A DNA stretch of 55,221 nucleotides from Candidatus Nanoarchaeia archaeon (GCA_035290625.1 DATDTY010000043.1:1-55221), one strand, 5' to 3'; shown: positions 27,147-36,647, numbered from the stretch's first letter. Numbers and translations are program-made. Notes: generated by a model from the letters alone, not told the origin.

Positions 27147-27923
27147 TTATTGTAAGAATTTTATGGCCTGAGCAGGAGTCTTGTTCTGGGATATGATCGC
27201 CTTCAATGCCTGTGCCATCTTCAAGGGAGTTGGATGCTGCCAGACATTTCTGCCGATAGCGAGGCCTGCTGCTCCTGACTTCATGACATCGGAGACCTCT
27301 TTGAGGAATCTTGAAGGCTCTACTTGGGTTCCTCCTGCTATAACAACTTTTGTCTTTCCTGCTGATTTGATGATCCACCTTAAGTCGTTGGGGTTGCCAT
27401 TGTATTTCATCTTAACAATGTCTGCTCCCAGCTCTAAGGAAACGCGGGCTGCATACGCCAATGTTTCCCTGCTTAATTCATTCTTGATTGACTTGCCTCT
27501 TGGGTACATCCAGACGATGACCGGAAGGCCTTTGTTATGGGCTTCCCGCTCGATCTGCTCAAAATCAGAGAACATCTTCGCTTCGTAGGCAGAGCCGATA
27601 TAGATGGTGTAGCCTACTGCTGATGCCCCTAATTTGACTGCTTCGTTTACCGTGCATAAGATCGGGGAATATGGCTCTCCTTTGACAAGCCTTGTCTTTC
27701 CATTGAGCTTGAGTATCAGCGGGACTTTTCCAACAGGATATTTTTCAGCAATGCCTTTTTGGACTGCTAAAGCATTGAATTTTCCCTTCTTTGCGATATC
27801 GATGATGTATTGGGGATCAACATTCTTGTCATTGAAATCTGTCGGGCCATGCTCAAGGCCCTGGTCATAGGCAAGGATCAAGGTCTTTCCTGAAGTAAAT
27901 ATCCTGCTCAGCTTGGGTTTCAT
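27147..27923 (-). CDS. class I aldolase, DhnA/FbaB family
   Basis: LILAYDQGLEHGP, LILKLNG, GADIVKMKY (Schiff-base Lys region), VVIAGG. Start moved to an internal ATG to avoid overlapping the upstream kinase gene. Confidence 0.65.
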   Translation of the reverse strand: MKPKLSRIFTSGKTLILAYDQGLEHGPTDFNDKNVDPQYIIDIAKKGKFNALAVQKGIAEKYPVGKVPLILKLNGKTRLVKGEPYSPILCTVNEAVKLGASAVGYTIYIGSAYEAKMFSDFEQIEREAHNKGLPVIVWMYPRGKSIKNELSRETLAYAARVSLELGADIVKMKYNGNPNDLRWIIKSAGKTKVVIAGGTQVEPSRFLKEVSDVMKSGAAGLAIGRNVWQHPTPLKMAQALKAIISQNKTPAQAIKFLQ

Positions 27924-27930
27924 TGCGGCC

Positions 27931-28905
27931 TCATATTGGAGCAAGCCTCTTTTTGATGATGTGCGCACGCTCAGCATCGATTCGGTCAAGGAGAGTCCTC
28001 CAGTGAAGCAAGCCTTCCTTTGCGCCGATGTGCTCCACGACCGATCCCGCATTTGCCATGCCAGCCCGAATCGCGAATTCGACGTCTTCTTTCTTTATGA
28101 GGACGCCGAGGAAGGTTGAGGCAAAGGCATCTCCTGCCCCGGTTGTTTCAACTGCATTATTCTTTCTTGGAATGCCGGTGAAGAACTCCTCTCCGTCGTA
28201 TACATAGGCTCCTTTTCTTCCATCGGTGATAATTGCGATTCCCCTGCACAGCTGGTAGAGTTTTTGGAGCTGCCGCGGCAGCTGCCCATTTCCGACGAGC
28301 AGCCCTGCCTCTTCTTTGTTCATCACCAGTATCGAAGACGCGGCAAGGATATTGCCCAGAAACGCTTTTCCTCTCCTTGCAAGGTAGGAACTCGGGTTGA
28401 AGAGGACATCGCTTCCCTGGAGCTTTGCGTGGGAGCTGAGCTGTTCGAGGCACGCAAAGGATTTCCCGACCATTGAGCTCAGATAGAACCACTTTGCCTT
28501 CAGCTTCGATGGCCTGAGATCAGCATAGGAGATCGTATCATTGCCTCCACGGAAGGTCAGGATAATCCTGTCTTTTTTTTTAAAATCAAGAATGAGGCTA
28601 TAGCCAGTCCTGCAGTTTTTCCTGCAAATACACGATATGTCAACGCCCTCGTTCTTGAGCATGCTGATGACGCGCTGAGAATTATACCCCCTGCCTACCT
28701 TGCCCACAAAGCCTGCCCTGCAGCCGATGCGGCCGAGCGAGACTGCCGCGTTTGTCCCCCCGCCTCCAACGGCAAAAGTGATGTTTTTCACAAGCAGCTT
28801 TTCTCCGAAAGGAATCCGAATTTCGTTGGCCGATGAATAGGCTTGAGTTCCCGGGTCCACAAATGCATCGATGAGCGCAGAACCAAAGCAAACAACATCT
28901 TTCAT
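27931..28905 (-). CDS. PfkB-family sugar/nucleoside kinase
   Basis: GGGGTNAAV near the N-terminus and TTGAGDAFAS near the C-terminus. Confidence 0.75.
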   Translation of the reverse strand: MKDVVCFGSALIDAFVDPGTQAYSSANEIRIPFGEKLLVKNITFAVGGGGTNAAVSLGRIGCRAGFVGKVGRGYNSQRVISMLKNEGVDISCICRKNCRTGYSLILDFKKKDRIILTFRGGNDTISYADLRPSKLKAKWFYLSSMVGKSFACLEQLSSHAKLQGSDVLFNPSSYLARRGKAFLGNILAASSILVMNKEEAGLLVGNGQLPRQLQKLYQLCRGIAIITDGRKGAYVYDGEEFFTGIPRKNNAVETTGAGDAFASTFLGVLIKKEDVEFAIRAGMANAGSVVEHIGAKEGLLHWRTLLDRIDAERAHIIKKRLAPI

Positions 28906-28930
28906 AGAGAGTTATTGAGGTGCTGACTAT

Positions 28931-29752
28931 TTAAAGGTTACGAGCTGTGTCCAGAATTGTGTGGGCATTTTTTGAATTGAGATGGAATTGCAGCGATGAT
29001 TCGTCTTTTCCAAGCAAGACGCGAATCTTCATCTGAAGGAGGCTTGCTTCGGCGTTTGGGATTCTTGCCTGCTGGTCCGCAACAATGAGGCCATAGGGAT
29101 AGCCAAGGAATGCCGGGTCTGAGCAATGGCTCAGGATGAGGGATAGGGTTTCTGGATGAAGCGTGTCGACACGGAAAAGATATTTTGCTTTCGGGTGGAA
29201 TTTAACGAGGTAGGAATGATTGCCGAGGCTGGAGTAGCAGGCAGAACCGCAGCTGAGCAAATCTTTTGCTGCAGGAATTTTGCCGGATGTCTTGCTTACT
29301 GCAATGAGCCCTGGATCATTGAGCTCCAGGATGCGGCCGTGATCAATTCCGGTTGCTGCATCCAAGCTTCCGTCGATAATTGTGGTTTGAGGTTTGTTTC
29401 GGAGAGCGCAGGCTAGCTCTGCTTCCCTTCGGAGAGCATCGATTGAGGTGAATGGGATCTCGGAAGGGAAGCTGCAGGCCCCTTGTAGGGGGTATATGGA
29501 TGCCGTATCTCCCCGGACAAGGGCAAAAAAATCTGAGATGCTGGTGGAGACCCGCTTTTCCCTCCAAAGCACTGATGCGGTCCTGATCAGGTGAAGCGAG
29601 AAGGCTGCCGATGACAAGATTTCTGCATTTCCTCCGTCTATGAAACAGAGATCGCTTCGGGAGGGAGTTGCCTTGATTGGTTGGATGCCCGAGGATGCGG
29701 ACTCTAGCCGGATCGTGCTGCGAAGCTCATGGAGAAGGGCTGGATTGATCAT
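28931..29752 (-). CDS. hypothetical protein, possible NurA-like nuclease fold
   Basis: FIDGGN ... REAE ... IIDGSLD ... NAHTILD resemble the NurA D/E/D/H motifs. Weak by-eye call. Confidence 0.3.
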   Translation of the reverse strand: MINPALLHELRSTIRLESASSGIQPIKATPSRSDLCFIDGGNAEILSSAAFSLHLIRTASVLWREKRVSTSISDFFALVRGDTASIYPLQGACSFPSEIPFTSIDALRREAELACALRNKPQTTIIDGSLDAATGIDHGRILELNDPGLIAVSKTSGKIPAAKDLLSCGSACYSSLGNHSYLVKFHPKAKYLFRVDTLHPETLSLILSHCSDPAFLGYPYGLIVADQQARIPNAEASLLQMKIRVLLGKDESSLQFHLNSKNAHTILDTARNL

Positions 29753-29840
29753 TGATGGGGAAAAAGATTGCAGGTATTATAAGGTTGCGCTCGGAAGGGT
29801 GATGAGTTGCCTGTTCTCTTATTATAAAGCCTCGTTTTCC

Positions 29841-29994
29841 AGCCACGTTCAGAATCTTCCAGGTGAGCGCCAGGTTCGGTTCCGAGTGTTTTGCGAATAT
29901 ATCGACATATCCCTGTGAGGGACGACCCCCTTGTCGATGCTCATTCTTTGGAATATTGACCTCACAAATGGGCGCTCACCTTCTGAATGCCGTC
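29841..29994 (+). mobile_element. structured MITE-like element, copy 4 (about 154 bp)
   Basis: Helices 29848-29853/29982-29987 and 29861-29871/29971-29981. Core ATCGACA..CCCTGTGAGGGACGACCCCC..TGTCGAT. Flanked by TCGTTTTCC / GCCTTTTCC (7/9). Outer boundaries are least certain in this copy. Confidence 0.65.
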
Positions 29995-30003
29995 GCCTTT
30001 TCC

Positions 30004-30222
30004 GGTGGCATTGAAAAGTCATGCAATGCCCTTTGTGAGCCTTCTATTCAAAGTACAGAACAGCGACAAAGGGGGTGCTCAACCAAAACGCCTTCTGGCG
30101 GTTTGGTGTGCCAAAAGAGCATGGCTCTTTTTAGCACCATACGGGAAATGTCGCTTCCCATGAGAGTATGCGCAAGGCGAAGTCGGCATTGCCGAACGAA
30201 GTGAGCAACTTTTCAATGCGAC
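30004..30222 (-). mobile_element. structured MITE-like element, copy 5 (219 bp, opposite orientation)
   Basis: TIR GGCATTGAAAAGT / ACTTTTCAATGC. Flanked by GCCTTTTCC (29995-30003) / CCCTTTTCC (30223-30231). The core loop carries an insert of about 50 nt with two extra hairpins. Confidence 0.75.
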
Positions 30223-30237
30223 CCCTTTTCCACAACA

Positions 30238-30245
30238 TTTATATA
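30238..30245 (+). promoter_or_regulatory. TATA box TTTATATA
   Basis: About 45 nt upstream of the small zinc-ribbon ORF. Lies directly after the right flank of copy 5. Confidence 0.4.
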
Positions 30246-30289
30246 GTTCCGTGGGAACGCATTTTTATAGATAGATTTGTAAAGATGAG

Positions 30290-30418
30290 GTGATTTCTAT
30301 CTATACAGACGATGGACCTGATACCTGTGCCTATTGCGGAACGTTAATCGACCCTGAAGAGCGCCAGTGCCCGAATTGCGGAGAAAATGTTTCTGAAGGG
30401 AACATGGATCTCTATTAG
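30290..30418 (+). CDS. small zinc-ribbon protein (42 aa, GTG start; not in the ORF track)
   Basis: Hand translation VISIYTDDGPDTCAYCGTLIDPEERQCPNCGENVSEGNMDLY with a CxxC-x10-CxxC pattern. Confidence 0.35.
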   Translation: MISIYTDDGPDTCAYCGTLIDPEERQCPNCGENVSEGNMDLY

Positions 30419-30460
30419 GGGTTAAAAGTTGTTAAAAGCATCAAGGAGGGAATAGGGCGT

Positions 30461-30847
30461 ATGGCACTATTTCATAAAAGAGTCACTGCCGCTTCGCCAG
30501 ATCTGCCTCAAATTTCTGAGGTGGTAGTGAGTATGAGGAAGCGCATCCAAGCATTGCACGATCTGGAGCGTACATTGACGTCGCATATGCAGGCCCGCGC
30601 TGCCTCGGTTGAAATCCAGCTTAACCAGGATTTGTCAGATGCCCAGCTTCTTGAAGAGGAGTTTGCCTTGCTTAGGCAGGAGACTCATCAAAAGGCAGAA
30701 TTAGTGAATCAACTTATTGCCAAACTCAAGCAGTGCGTTTTGGAGGAGGAGTTCCAGGAGATTAAGAAGCTGCTGGAGAAGCTGGATCCTGCTGAGATGA
30801 TTACACAAAAAGAATTCGTTGGCATGCTCCAAGAGCGTGAATCATAA
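30461..30847 (+). CDS. coiled-coil hypothetical protein
   Basis: 128-aa ORF rich in E/L/Q. No motif recognised. Confidence 0.4.
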   Translation: MALFHKRVTAASPDLPQISEVVVSMRKRIQALHDLERTLTSHMQARAASVEIQLNQDLSDAQLLEEEFALLRQETHQKAELVNQLIAKLKQCVLEEEFQEIKKLLEKLDPAEMITQKEFVGMLQERES

Positions 30848-32131
30848 GAGAGTGATAGAACGAACACAATTCTTTACATAGGGATGTTTCAGCAACAGCA
30901 TCACTGCTTCTCGCGGAAGAGTTGACTGCCGCCTTTGTCTTGCAAATATTCTTTTTGATCGGATAAAAGTCGATTTGTGCTTTCTTTTGAACTTGGCTAC
31001 ATGCTGTTTCAGGGAGATCGGAGGCCCGGGCATTTCTCTCACAGGGCTAAGAGGCCTTGGGTCAACGACAATCCAAGCGAGAGCCTCGTCTTCATAGTCG
31101 GCATTCCAGTCATAGACACTATACCCTTGCGATTTGAGGGATGCTGCCATAAATTCGAGCGCTTTTTGCAGTTTGGAGGCGGCGATGTCTCTCTTTCGAT
31201 CGAGGAGCTTAGCCTTCATGCTAAGGATAGTGATCTTTGCATCAGGAGGGCTCCTGACAATACATGGGAAGACCTTCCGATATTCAGCGATGGTCGAAGC
31301 CTTAAGATCTGCTGGCACAATCTTCTTCCTCACGAAAAAGTCTAGGGAGGGGCTGCTTAGAAATTCTCCGCACCGCTGCTGAAGTGCCAGGAATTGATCC
31401 CTGCCAAGGGCTGCAGCAGCGTTGCGTTCCTTTTGGAGCGGGTCAAGAACGATAAGAGGGGAAAGCTTGCTGCGATTCAGGAAGCGATAGGCGTCATTCT
31501 GCGTCTTGAACCATTTGGAAATGTCGATAACTGTGCCTTCCTTCAGCTTTGGGAACCCTGAAAGAAATGCCAGAAACGAGCCGAAATGAACTGTGAGTAT
31601 CTCTGCAACATAGCCAGAGTAACCCTTAATGTAACTTTCAGCGCCGTAGACCCGAGCTGATTTCATAAATGCCTTGACGAGACGGGTTTCATTCCGGAGC
31701 TTCCGGTGCTTCTGCACCCATTTGACGTGCAGAGGGGAGATATCAGTAAGATTCTGGGCCTGGTCTGGCCGTGAAATCTTTAGTATAGGAATTATTTCGT
31801 ACAGCTGGCCTTTGATGCGGTATTCGAAGTAGTCCCTGCTTCCGTGGACCCTTTTCACACGGATAAATTTTTTCAGCTGCGGCTCAAGGAGGTCAGCGAG
31901 TTCAGCTGATCGGCTGGCATATTGGGAGTCAAACCGAGCAAATACATCCACATCGAATTCGCCCCTGAGCCATGTGCCTTTTGCTCCTGAGCCGCCGAGG
32001 ATAAAGGTGCATATCTTTATCTTACTGAGATTTTGAAGAAACTGGCTAACCGTCTTGCTGAAGGATAATTCTTCCTTGGCTGAGGGAATGATTGACTCCA
32101 TTACCTTGGCAATACTGTCATTAGGATTCAT
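30842..32131 (-). CDS. cca: archaeal class I CCA-adding tRNA nucleotidyltransferase
   Basis: ILGGSGAKGTWLRGEFDVDVFARF (G-S...DxD) and overall length typical of archaeal CCA enzymes. Confidence 0.8.
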   Translation of the reverse strand: MNPNDSIAKVMESIIPSAKEELSFSKTVSQFLQNLSKIKICTFILGGSGAKGTWLRGEFDVDVFARFDSQYASRSAELADLLEPQLKKFIRVKRVHGSRDYFEYRIKGQLYEIIPILKISRPDQAQNLTDISPLHVKWVQKHRKLRNETRLVKAFMKSARVYGAESYIKGYSGYVAEILTVHFGSFLAFLSGFPKLKEGTVIDISKWFKTQNDAYRFLNRSKLSPLIVLDPLQKERNAAAALGRDQFLALQQRCGEFLSSPSLDFFVRKKIVPADLKASTIAEYRKVFPCIVRSPPDAKITILSMKAKLLDRKRDIAASKLQKALEFMAASLKSQGYSVYDWNADYEDEALAWIVVDPRPLSPVREMPGPPISLKQHVAKFKRKHKSTFIRSKRIFARQRRQSTLPREAVMLLLKHPYVKNCVRSITLL

Positions 32132-32218
32132 GCCCGGAGAGAGGAAGTTTGAGTATTTATAGGTTCTTGTTCCTGGTTGTGTAATTGCGTTGAGGAACTA
32201 TTGGGTTTGCTGGGTTTC

Positions 32219-32382
32219 TGGCTCCGGTGAAAATCTTGCTTCGCAGCTGCCGCCGGCTCGGCTTGCGCCGTCTTTCTGTATGTATCGTTGAAGCCCCGTA
32301 AGGGACAACCCCCTCAACTCAGTCTATGGCAATCCTTAAGAGCCTCGCAGAGAGGCAGCTGCACTGATTTTCACCGTAGCCT
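32219..32382 (+). mobile_element. structured MITE-like element, copy 6 (164 bp)
   Basis: TIR GGCTCCGGTGAAAATC / GATTTTCACCGTAGCC. Flanking CTGGGTTTC (32210-32218) / TTGGGTTTC (32383-32391). Core stem is GTTGA/TCAAC instead of CGACA/TGTCG. Confidence 0.8.
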
Positions 32383-32434
32383 TTGGGTTTCGAAACATTT
32401 AAAATGATGAGAGGCTTTCTGTTTCTGGGGGGAA

Positions 32435-33244
32435 ATGGATAGAATCGTTTTTCTGGGAACTGGAAGCCAGTCTGTTGTTCGGGCAAAGGTTGCTCGGCTC
32501 ACTGGAGGGATTGTAGTGAAAACCGGTGATAACCAGCTTGTCATCGATCCTGGTCCAGGATGCCTGCAGGCTGCGCAATTAGCCGGAATCAATATCCGTG
32601 AGACTACAGCATTGCTTGTTTCGCACTGCCACATTGGGCATTGCAATGATGTCAATGCGGTTATCGATGCGATGACATACTCCGGATTGGACCGACAGGG
32701 AGTTCTCATCTGCAGTGCAGCACTTGTGCAAGGAGCTGAAGATATCAAACCGTATGTCACAGAGTTCCACATGAATTGCGTGGAGAAGGTGCTTGTGCTG
32801 AGGCCTGAGCAGCGTGTCGGAGTAAATGATATTGAAGTCCAGGCTTTGGCAACGCGGCATCATGATAGCCATGCGCTCGGGTTTAAGATCATGACTGATT
32901 CTTACACATTGTCGTACACAGGAGATACGGCCTTTTTCAGCGGAATGGACCAGATGTATAAGGGTTCTGATGTGATGATCCTGAATGTTGTAAGCCCTAA
33001 GGGAGTCCAGTCCAGGGGCAATTTGAACGCAGAGGATGCAGTGAATATTATTAATAAAGTAAATCCAAAGCTGGCGATTCTCACCCATTTTGGAGCAAAG
33101 ATGCTTGAGGCAGATCCGATCTATGAAGCGCGGGAGATCCAGAAACAGACAAATAGCCAGATTATAGCTGCAAAGGATGGAATGTCCATCGCACCTGCAT
33201 CTTATTCCGCACTTATGAAGCAGAAGAGGCTTGGGGGCTTTTAG
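32435..33244 (+). CDS. metallo-beta-lactamase-fold hydrolase
   Basis: LVSHCHIGHCNDV (HxHxxH-type metal motif) plus later H and D residues at typical spacing. Confidence 0.55.
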   Translation: MDRIVFLGTGSQSVVRAKVARLTGGIVVKTGDNQLVIDPGPGCLQAAQLAGINIRETTALLVSHCHIGHCNDVNAVIDAMTYSGLDRQGVLICSAALVQGAEDIKPYVTEFHMNCVEKVLVLRPEQRVGVNDIEVQALATRHHDSHALGFKIMTDSYTLSYTGDTAFFSGMDQMYKGSDVMILNVVSPKGVQSRGNLNAEDAVNIINKVNPKLAILTHFGAKMLEADPIYEAREIQKQTNSQIIAAKDGMSIAPASYSALMKQKRLGGF

Positions 33245-33837
33245 ACAGAGATATGCCTTTTCTTTAATTCTTTCTTCAGCTGAAAAATGCCCCTGAACTG
33301 GATCGAATCGATGCCTGCTTTTCTGGCACCACGTACGTTTATGGCCAAGTTATCGATAAAGATGGACTCTCTTGCCAGGCATCCTATCTTTCTGAGGCAG
33401 TAAGAAAAGATACTCAGATCAGGCTTTCGGAAGTGAGCCTTGCAGGAAAGAATCACAGGGTTGAATAAAGCATATCTCCTGCTGTTCAGGCTGGCAATCG
33501 GCAGTGTGACGTTTGAAAGGAGGGCTACTTGGTAATTCCTTTTCAGCTTCCTGACAAGAGAGTATGATGATGCCCACCCTTTTGGATGACCATATGCTTT
33601 GGCCCATAAGCCGGTAAAGCGCTTGGGATCCTCCTTTATCTTTAATTTTTTTAAGAGTCTCCCCCAATATCCATACTCATTGAGTTTTCCCTTTTCAAAT
33701 TGATGGTATACCGAAGTATTCGCAGCTCTGAAGGCTGAGAGGGACACATTCAGATGCTTTGCCAGGGCTGTATACATCTTCGGGTCATAATCCGGCTCCA
33801 TTACCCCGCCGAAGTCAAAGATAATTGCCTTGATCAT
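33241..33837 (-). CDS. HAD-superfamily hydrolase
   Basis: N-terminal IIFDFGGVM (DxD motif I), LLSNV (motif II), FIDN (motif IV). Confidence 0.7.
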   Translation of the reverse strand: MIKAIIFDFGGVMEPDYDPKMYTALAKHLNVSLSAFRAANTSVYHQFEKGKLNEYGYWGRLLKKLKIKEDPKRFTGLWAKAYGHPKGWASSYSLVRKLKRNYQVALLSNVTLPIASLNSRRYALFNPVILSCKAHFRKPDLSIFSYCLRKIGCLARESIFIDNLAINVRGARKAGIDSIQFRGIFQLKKELKKRHISV

Positions 33838-34779
33838 CTAGATCGCTGCCTGGGCTGCCAATAAGATTACATAACCTATGAAACAGCCTATTGTGAGGAA
33901 AGGCATTGCGGGATAAAATCTGTCATTCCTTCCATAATAGAGAAGGAGAAAGAGCGCAGCGGTTGCGGCAAGAGGAATAATGAGGGATAAGAGGAATCCT
34001 GCTGACTCGCTATAGAGGCGCATCAATTGCGTCATAACCACTCCAGAGAACAGCAGAGGGAAGCCGAGATCTCCTCCTCCTACAACTGCATTCCTGACGA
34101 GATGCCTTGGCACTTTTTCGCCGCCAAGGTGGCTTTGCAGGATCTTCTTTTTTATGCTGACTCTTGGAGCTGAAGTGTAAGGGATAACAACACCAGCAAA
34201 TACATTTGCCTGCGCCTGGAATTTTGCCATCTTGACCATGTGTTTAGAATGCCATACTGCGTACATATCATAGAAGGAGATAATGATGAGGAGCAGAGAA
34301 ACGCCCATCAACGAGAGGATTGGGACAAAAATTGCTGCAAGGCCGCCATACATGAAAATCTCTGTGAGATTATGGATATAGATATTCGGCCTTAGGATTT
34401 TCCAGAGGGCAAGGATGAGCGCCAAGAAGAACGCTGCTGCGTCAGATATGAATGCGCCAAATGCAATGCCAAGTGTGATGAATGCGCTGAGGAAAAACCA
34501 TACCTTCCAGAGGAAAAATTTCTGGATCCTTATGATGAACAGGATGAGGATTGTACCAACAAGTATTGCTGCTAAGATATAGTACACCGATGCACTTTCT
34601 TCTACATCCGGCCTTTCTATATCATACGGAAGCGCGGTGAAGGTAACGTTTTCAACAGGGCCGGGCACAGTATGGTCTATATAGAGATTGACTACAGTAA
34701 GCCCCATCAGCTGGGAGAGAAAGAAGATCACGGCAAGGAGGATGATGACACGAAGGTCGTGCTTCATTGGGTATTGCAC
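33838..34779 (-). CDS. presenilin/signal-peptide-peptidase homologue (A22 GxGD intramembrane protease)
   Basis: Polytopic membrane protein with SFYDMYAVW (YD) and VVGGGDLGFPL (GxGD). Confidence 0.7.
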   Translation of the reverse strand: MQYPMKHDLRVIILLAVIFFLSQLMGLTVVNLYIDHTVPGPVENVTFTALPYDIERPDVEESASVYYILAAILVGTILILFIIRIQKFFLWKVWFFLSAFITLGIAFGAFISDAAAFFLALILALWKILRPNIYIHNLTEIFMYGGLAAIFVPILSLMGVSLLLIIISFYDMYAVWHSKHMVKMAKFQAQANVFAGVVIPYTSAPRVSIKKKILQSHLGGEKVPRHLVRNAVVGGGDLGFPLLFSGVVMTQLMRLYSESAGFLLSLIIPLAATAALFLLLYYGRNDRFYPAMPFLTIGCFIGYVILLAAQAAI

Positions 34780-35156
34780 AGCCCATTATTATATAAAGGT
34801 TTGTTTTATAACGTAGGACATAAGTGATTAATAAAAAATTGTTATGTCCTACGAATATAATAGAGGCAAAATAATATTAATAAGTTATGACCTCTATTAT
34901 AGGTCAAGAATAGAGGATACTTCTCGTCGACAAGATGAAAAAGAAAAGGTATATATACTTCAGCATATTCTTAATCCTTATCATGAAACTCCGAGTTGGT
35001 TATCGGTGGCACTTGTAAATTGTTTGTTCTAGATAGCATTATTTTTAGGGTATCAAATGGTATGTGGCCATAGCCATTCTTCTTGCATGATTTGAATTGG
35101 GTTTAACGGAAAGTTGGTTTACGCTCTATCAAAAATTCGAGGTAGTTATCAAACCT

Positions 35157-36647
35157 ATGGAGGCCAAAATGAAACTTCAAATAGCTGAGAAAGAGATTCC
35201 CTATCAGAGTGCTTTTGAATACTATAAATCGATAACAGACAATGGAAGAATCCCGGGGCTGTTGATGGAATCAAGGACCAGGAACCTTGCATATGGAAAA
35301 CAGAGCATTGTTGCAGCGAATCTTGCGCTTAAGGTAAGCGGGAAGAATGAAGATGTGCATGTTGAAGCGCTGAATGGACAAGGTGTTGCTTTGCTGGAAG
35401 AGTTCTCGAGCGGGGATTTTCCATTTGCTGAGTCGTATACGCAGGGAGGGGGCTCTTTAGAAGTTCGGTTGAGGAAGGACCAGAATAAAAATCTATCAGA
35501 AGGAGGGCGAGTAAGGAAGACAAGCCAAGCTACTTTCCTGCGGCAGATTCTTGGCAAGTTCTCAACTGACAATAGATATGCGGGGGTGTATGGAGCATTT
35601 GCCTATGACTTTGTACGGAACTTTGAAGATATAGGCCATATGCATGATGGAGAGCCAGGAGATGACTTTACTCTTTATCTGCCCGGGGATATTTATGTCT
35701 TTAATGACATCAACGAAAGCGCGGTTCGGTATGGGGTGCAGATTGGAGGAAGCAAGGAGCCTTTCCACATTAATGACGTGAAGCCTGATGAAGGCGGAGG
35801 GTTTAGGGCAAGCATGGGCAGAGAAGAATATATGGAAAAGGCTGCGGTGATTGTGGATTATGTAAGGAACGGGAAATTTATGCAGTGTGTGTTGTCAAGA
35901 TCTGTTTCCTTTCCTTTGATTGAGCATCCTATTGAGGGGTATGCGACGCTTAGGGAAAGCAATCCATCTCCCTATTGTTTTTTCTTCAGTTTTGGGGATG
36001 AGTTTCTTTACGGATCTTCTCCTGAAATCCATGCTGTTGTTGAGAATAGGAAGTTAAGGGTACGGCCACTGGCCGGGACAGTGCGGCGTTTTGAAAATCC
36101 ACTGGAAGATGCATTAGAGAGGATAAGACTCCAGACTGATAGTAAGGAGCTGAGCGAGCATACCATGCTTGTTGACTTGGCAAGGAATGAAGCTTACCGT
36201 CTTTGCACTCACGATACTGTTGTGGTGACTGATATGTATACTGTTGAGGAATATCCTAACTTGTATCATCTCGCAAGCGGAGTAGAAGGAGATCTTAGAC
36301 AGGGCATGGATTGCCTTGATGTGTTAGTAACAACTATTCCTGCAGGAACATTAAGCGGAGCTCCTAAGCTTGAGGCAATGAGGGTGATAGAGGAATTAGA
36401 GCCAGAGAGAAGGCAGTATTATGGAGGCGCGGTCGGATATGTGACCTTCAATGGGGAGTTGAATACAGGGATTGCAATACGGTTTGTCCATGCAAAGGAT
36501 GGTTATTCCCGAGTGCAAGGCGGAGCTGGCATTGTTGCTGATTCAATACCTGAAAAGGAGTTTCAGGAAACCTGCACAAAGATGATGATGCCAAGCCGCG
36601 CCCAAGGTTATCCTATTGACGTAATACGGAAGGTGTTGGAAAAATGA
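35157..36647 (+). CDS. trpE: anthranilate synthase component I-like (TrpE/PabB chorismate-binding enzyme)
   Basis: SPSPYCFFF, GSSPE, RPLAGT, TMLVDLARN, GAPK, YGGAVGY chorismate-binding motifs. Cannot be distinguished from PabB by eye. Confidence 0.7.
   Translation: MEAKMKLQIAEKEIPYQSAFEYYKSITDNGRIPGLLMESRTRNLAYGKQSIVAANLALKVSGKNEDVHVEALNGQGVALLEEFSSGDFPFAESYTQGGGSLEVRLRKDQNKNLSEGGRVRKTSQATFLRQILGKFSTDNRYAGVYGAFAYDFVRNFEDIGHMHDGEPGDDFTLYLPGDIYVFNDINESAVRYGVQIGGSKEPFHINDVKPDEGGGFRASMGREEYMEKAAVIVDYVRNGKFMQCVLSRSVSFPLIEHPIEGYATLRESNPSPYCFFFSFGDEFLYGSSPEIHAVVENRKLRVRPLAGTVRRFENPLEDALERIRLQTDSKELSEHTMLVDLARNEAYRLCTHDTVVVTDMYTVEEYPNLYHLASGVEGDLRQGMDCLDVLVTTIPAGTLSGAPKLEAMRVIEELEPERRQYYGGAVGYVTFNGELNTGIAIRFVHAKDGYSRVQGGAGIVADSIPEKEFQETCTKMMMPSRAQGYPIDVIRKVLEK

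Noticed and set aside
29863-30204. Track ORFs running through the repeated elements (29863-30204, 44404-44670, 18250-18684, 23247-23498, 23488-23862, 32371-32772 in part).
   Set aside because: They read through TIRs and helices of the structured element family in different frames in different copies. No conserved peptide is shared between copies.
34844-35032. 62-aa ORF in the trpE upstream gap.
   Set aside because: It is AT-rich and low-complexity, overlaps the inverted repeats and has no SD or TATA in a sensible position. It is probably non-coding.
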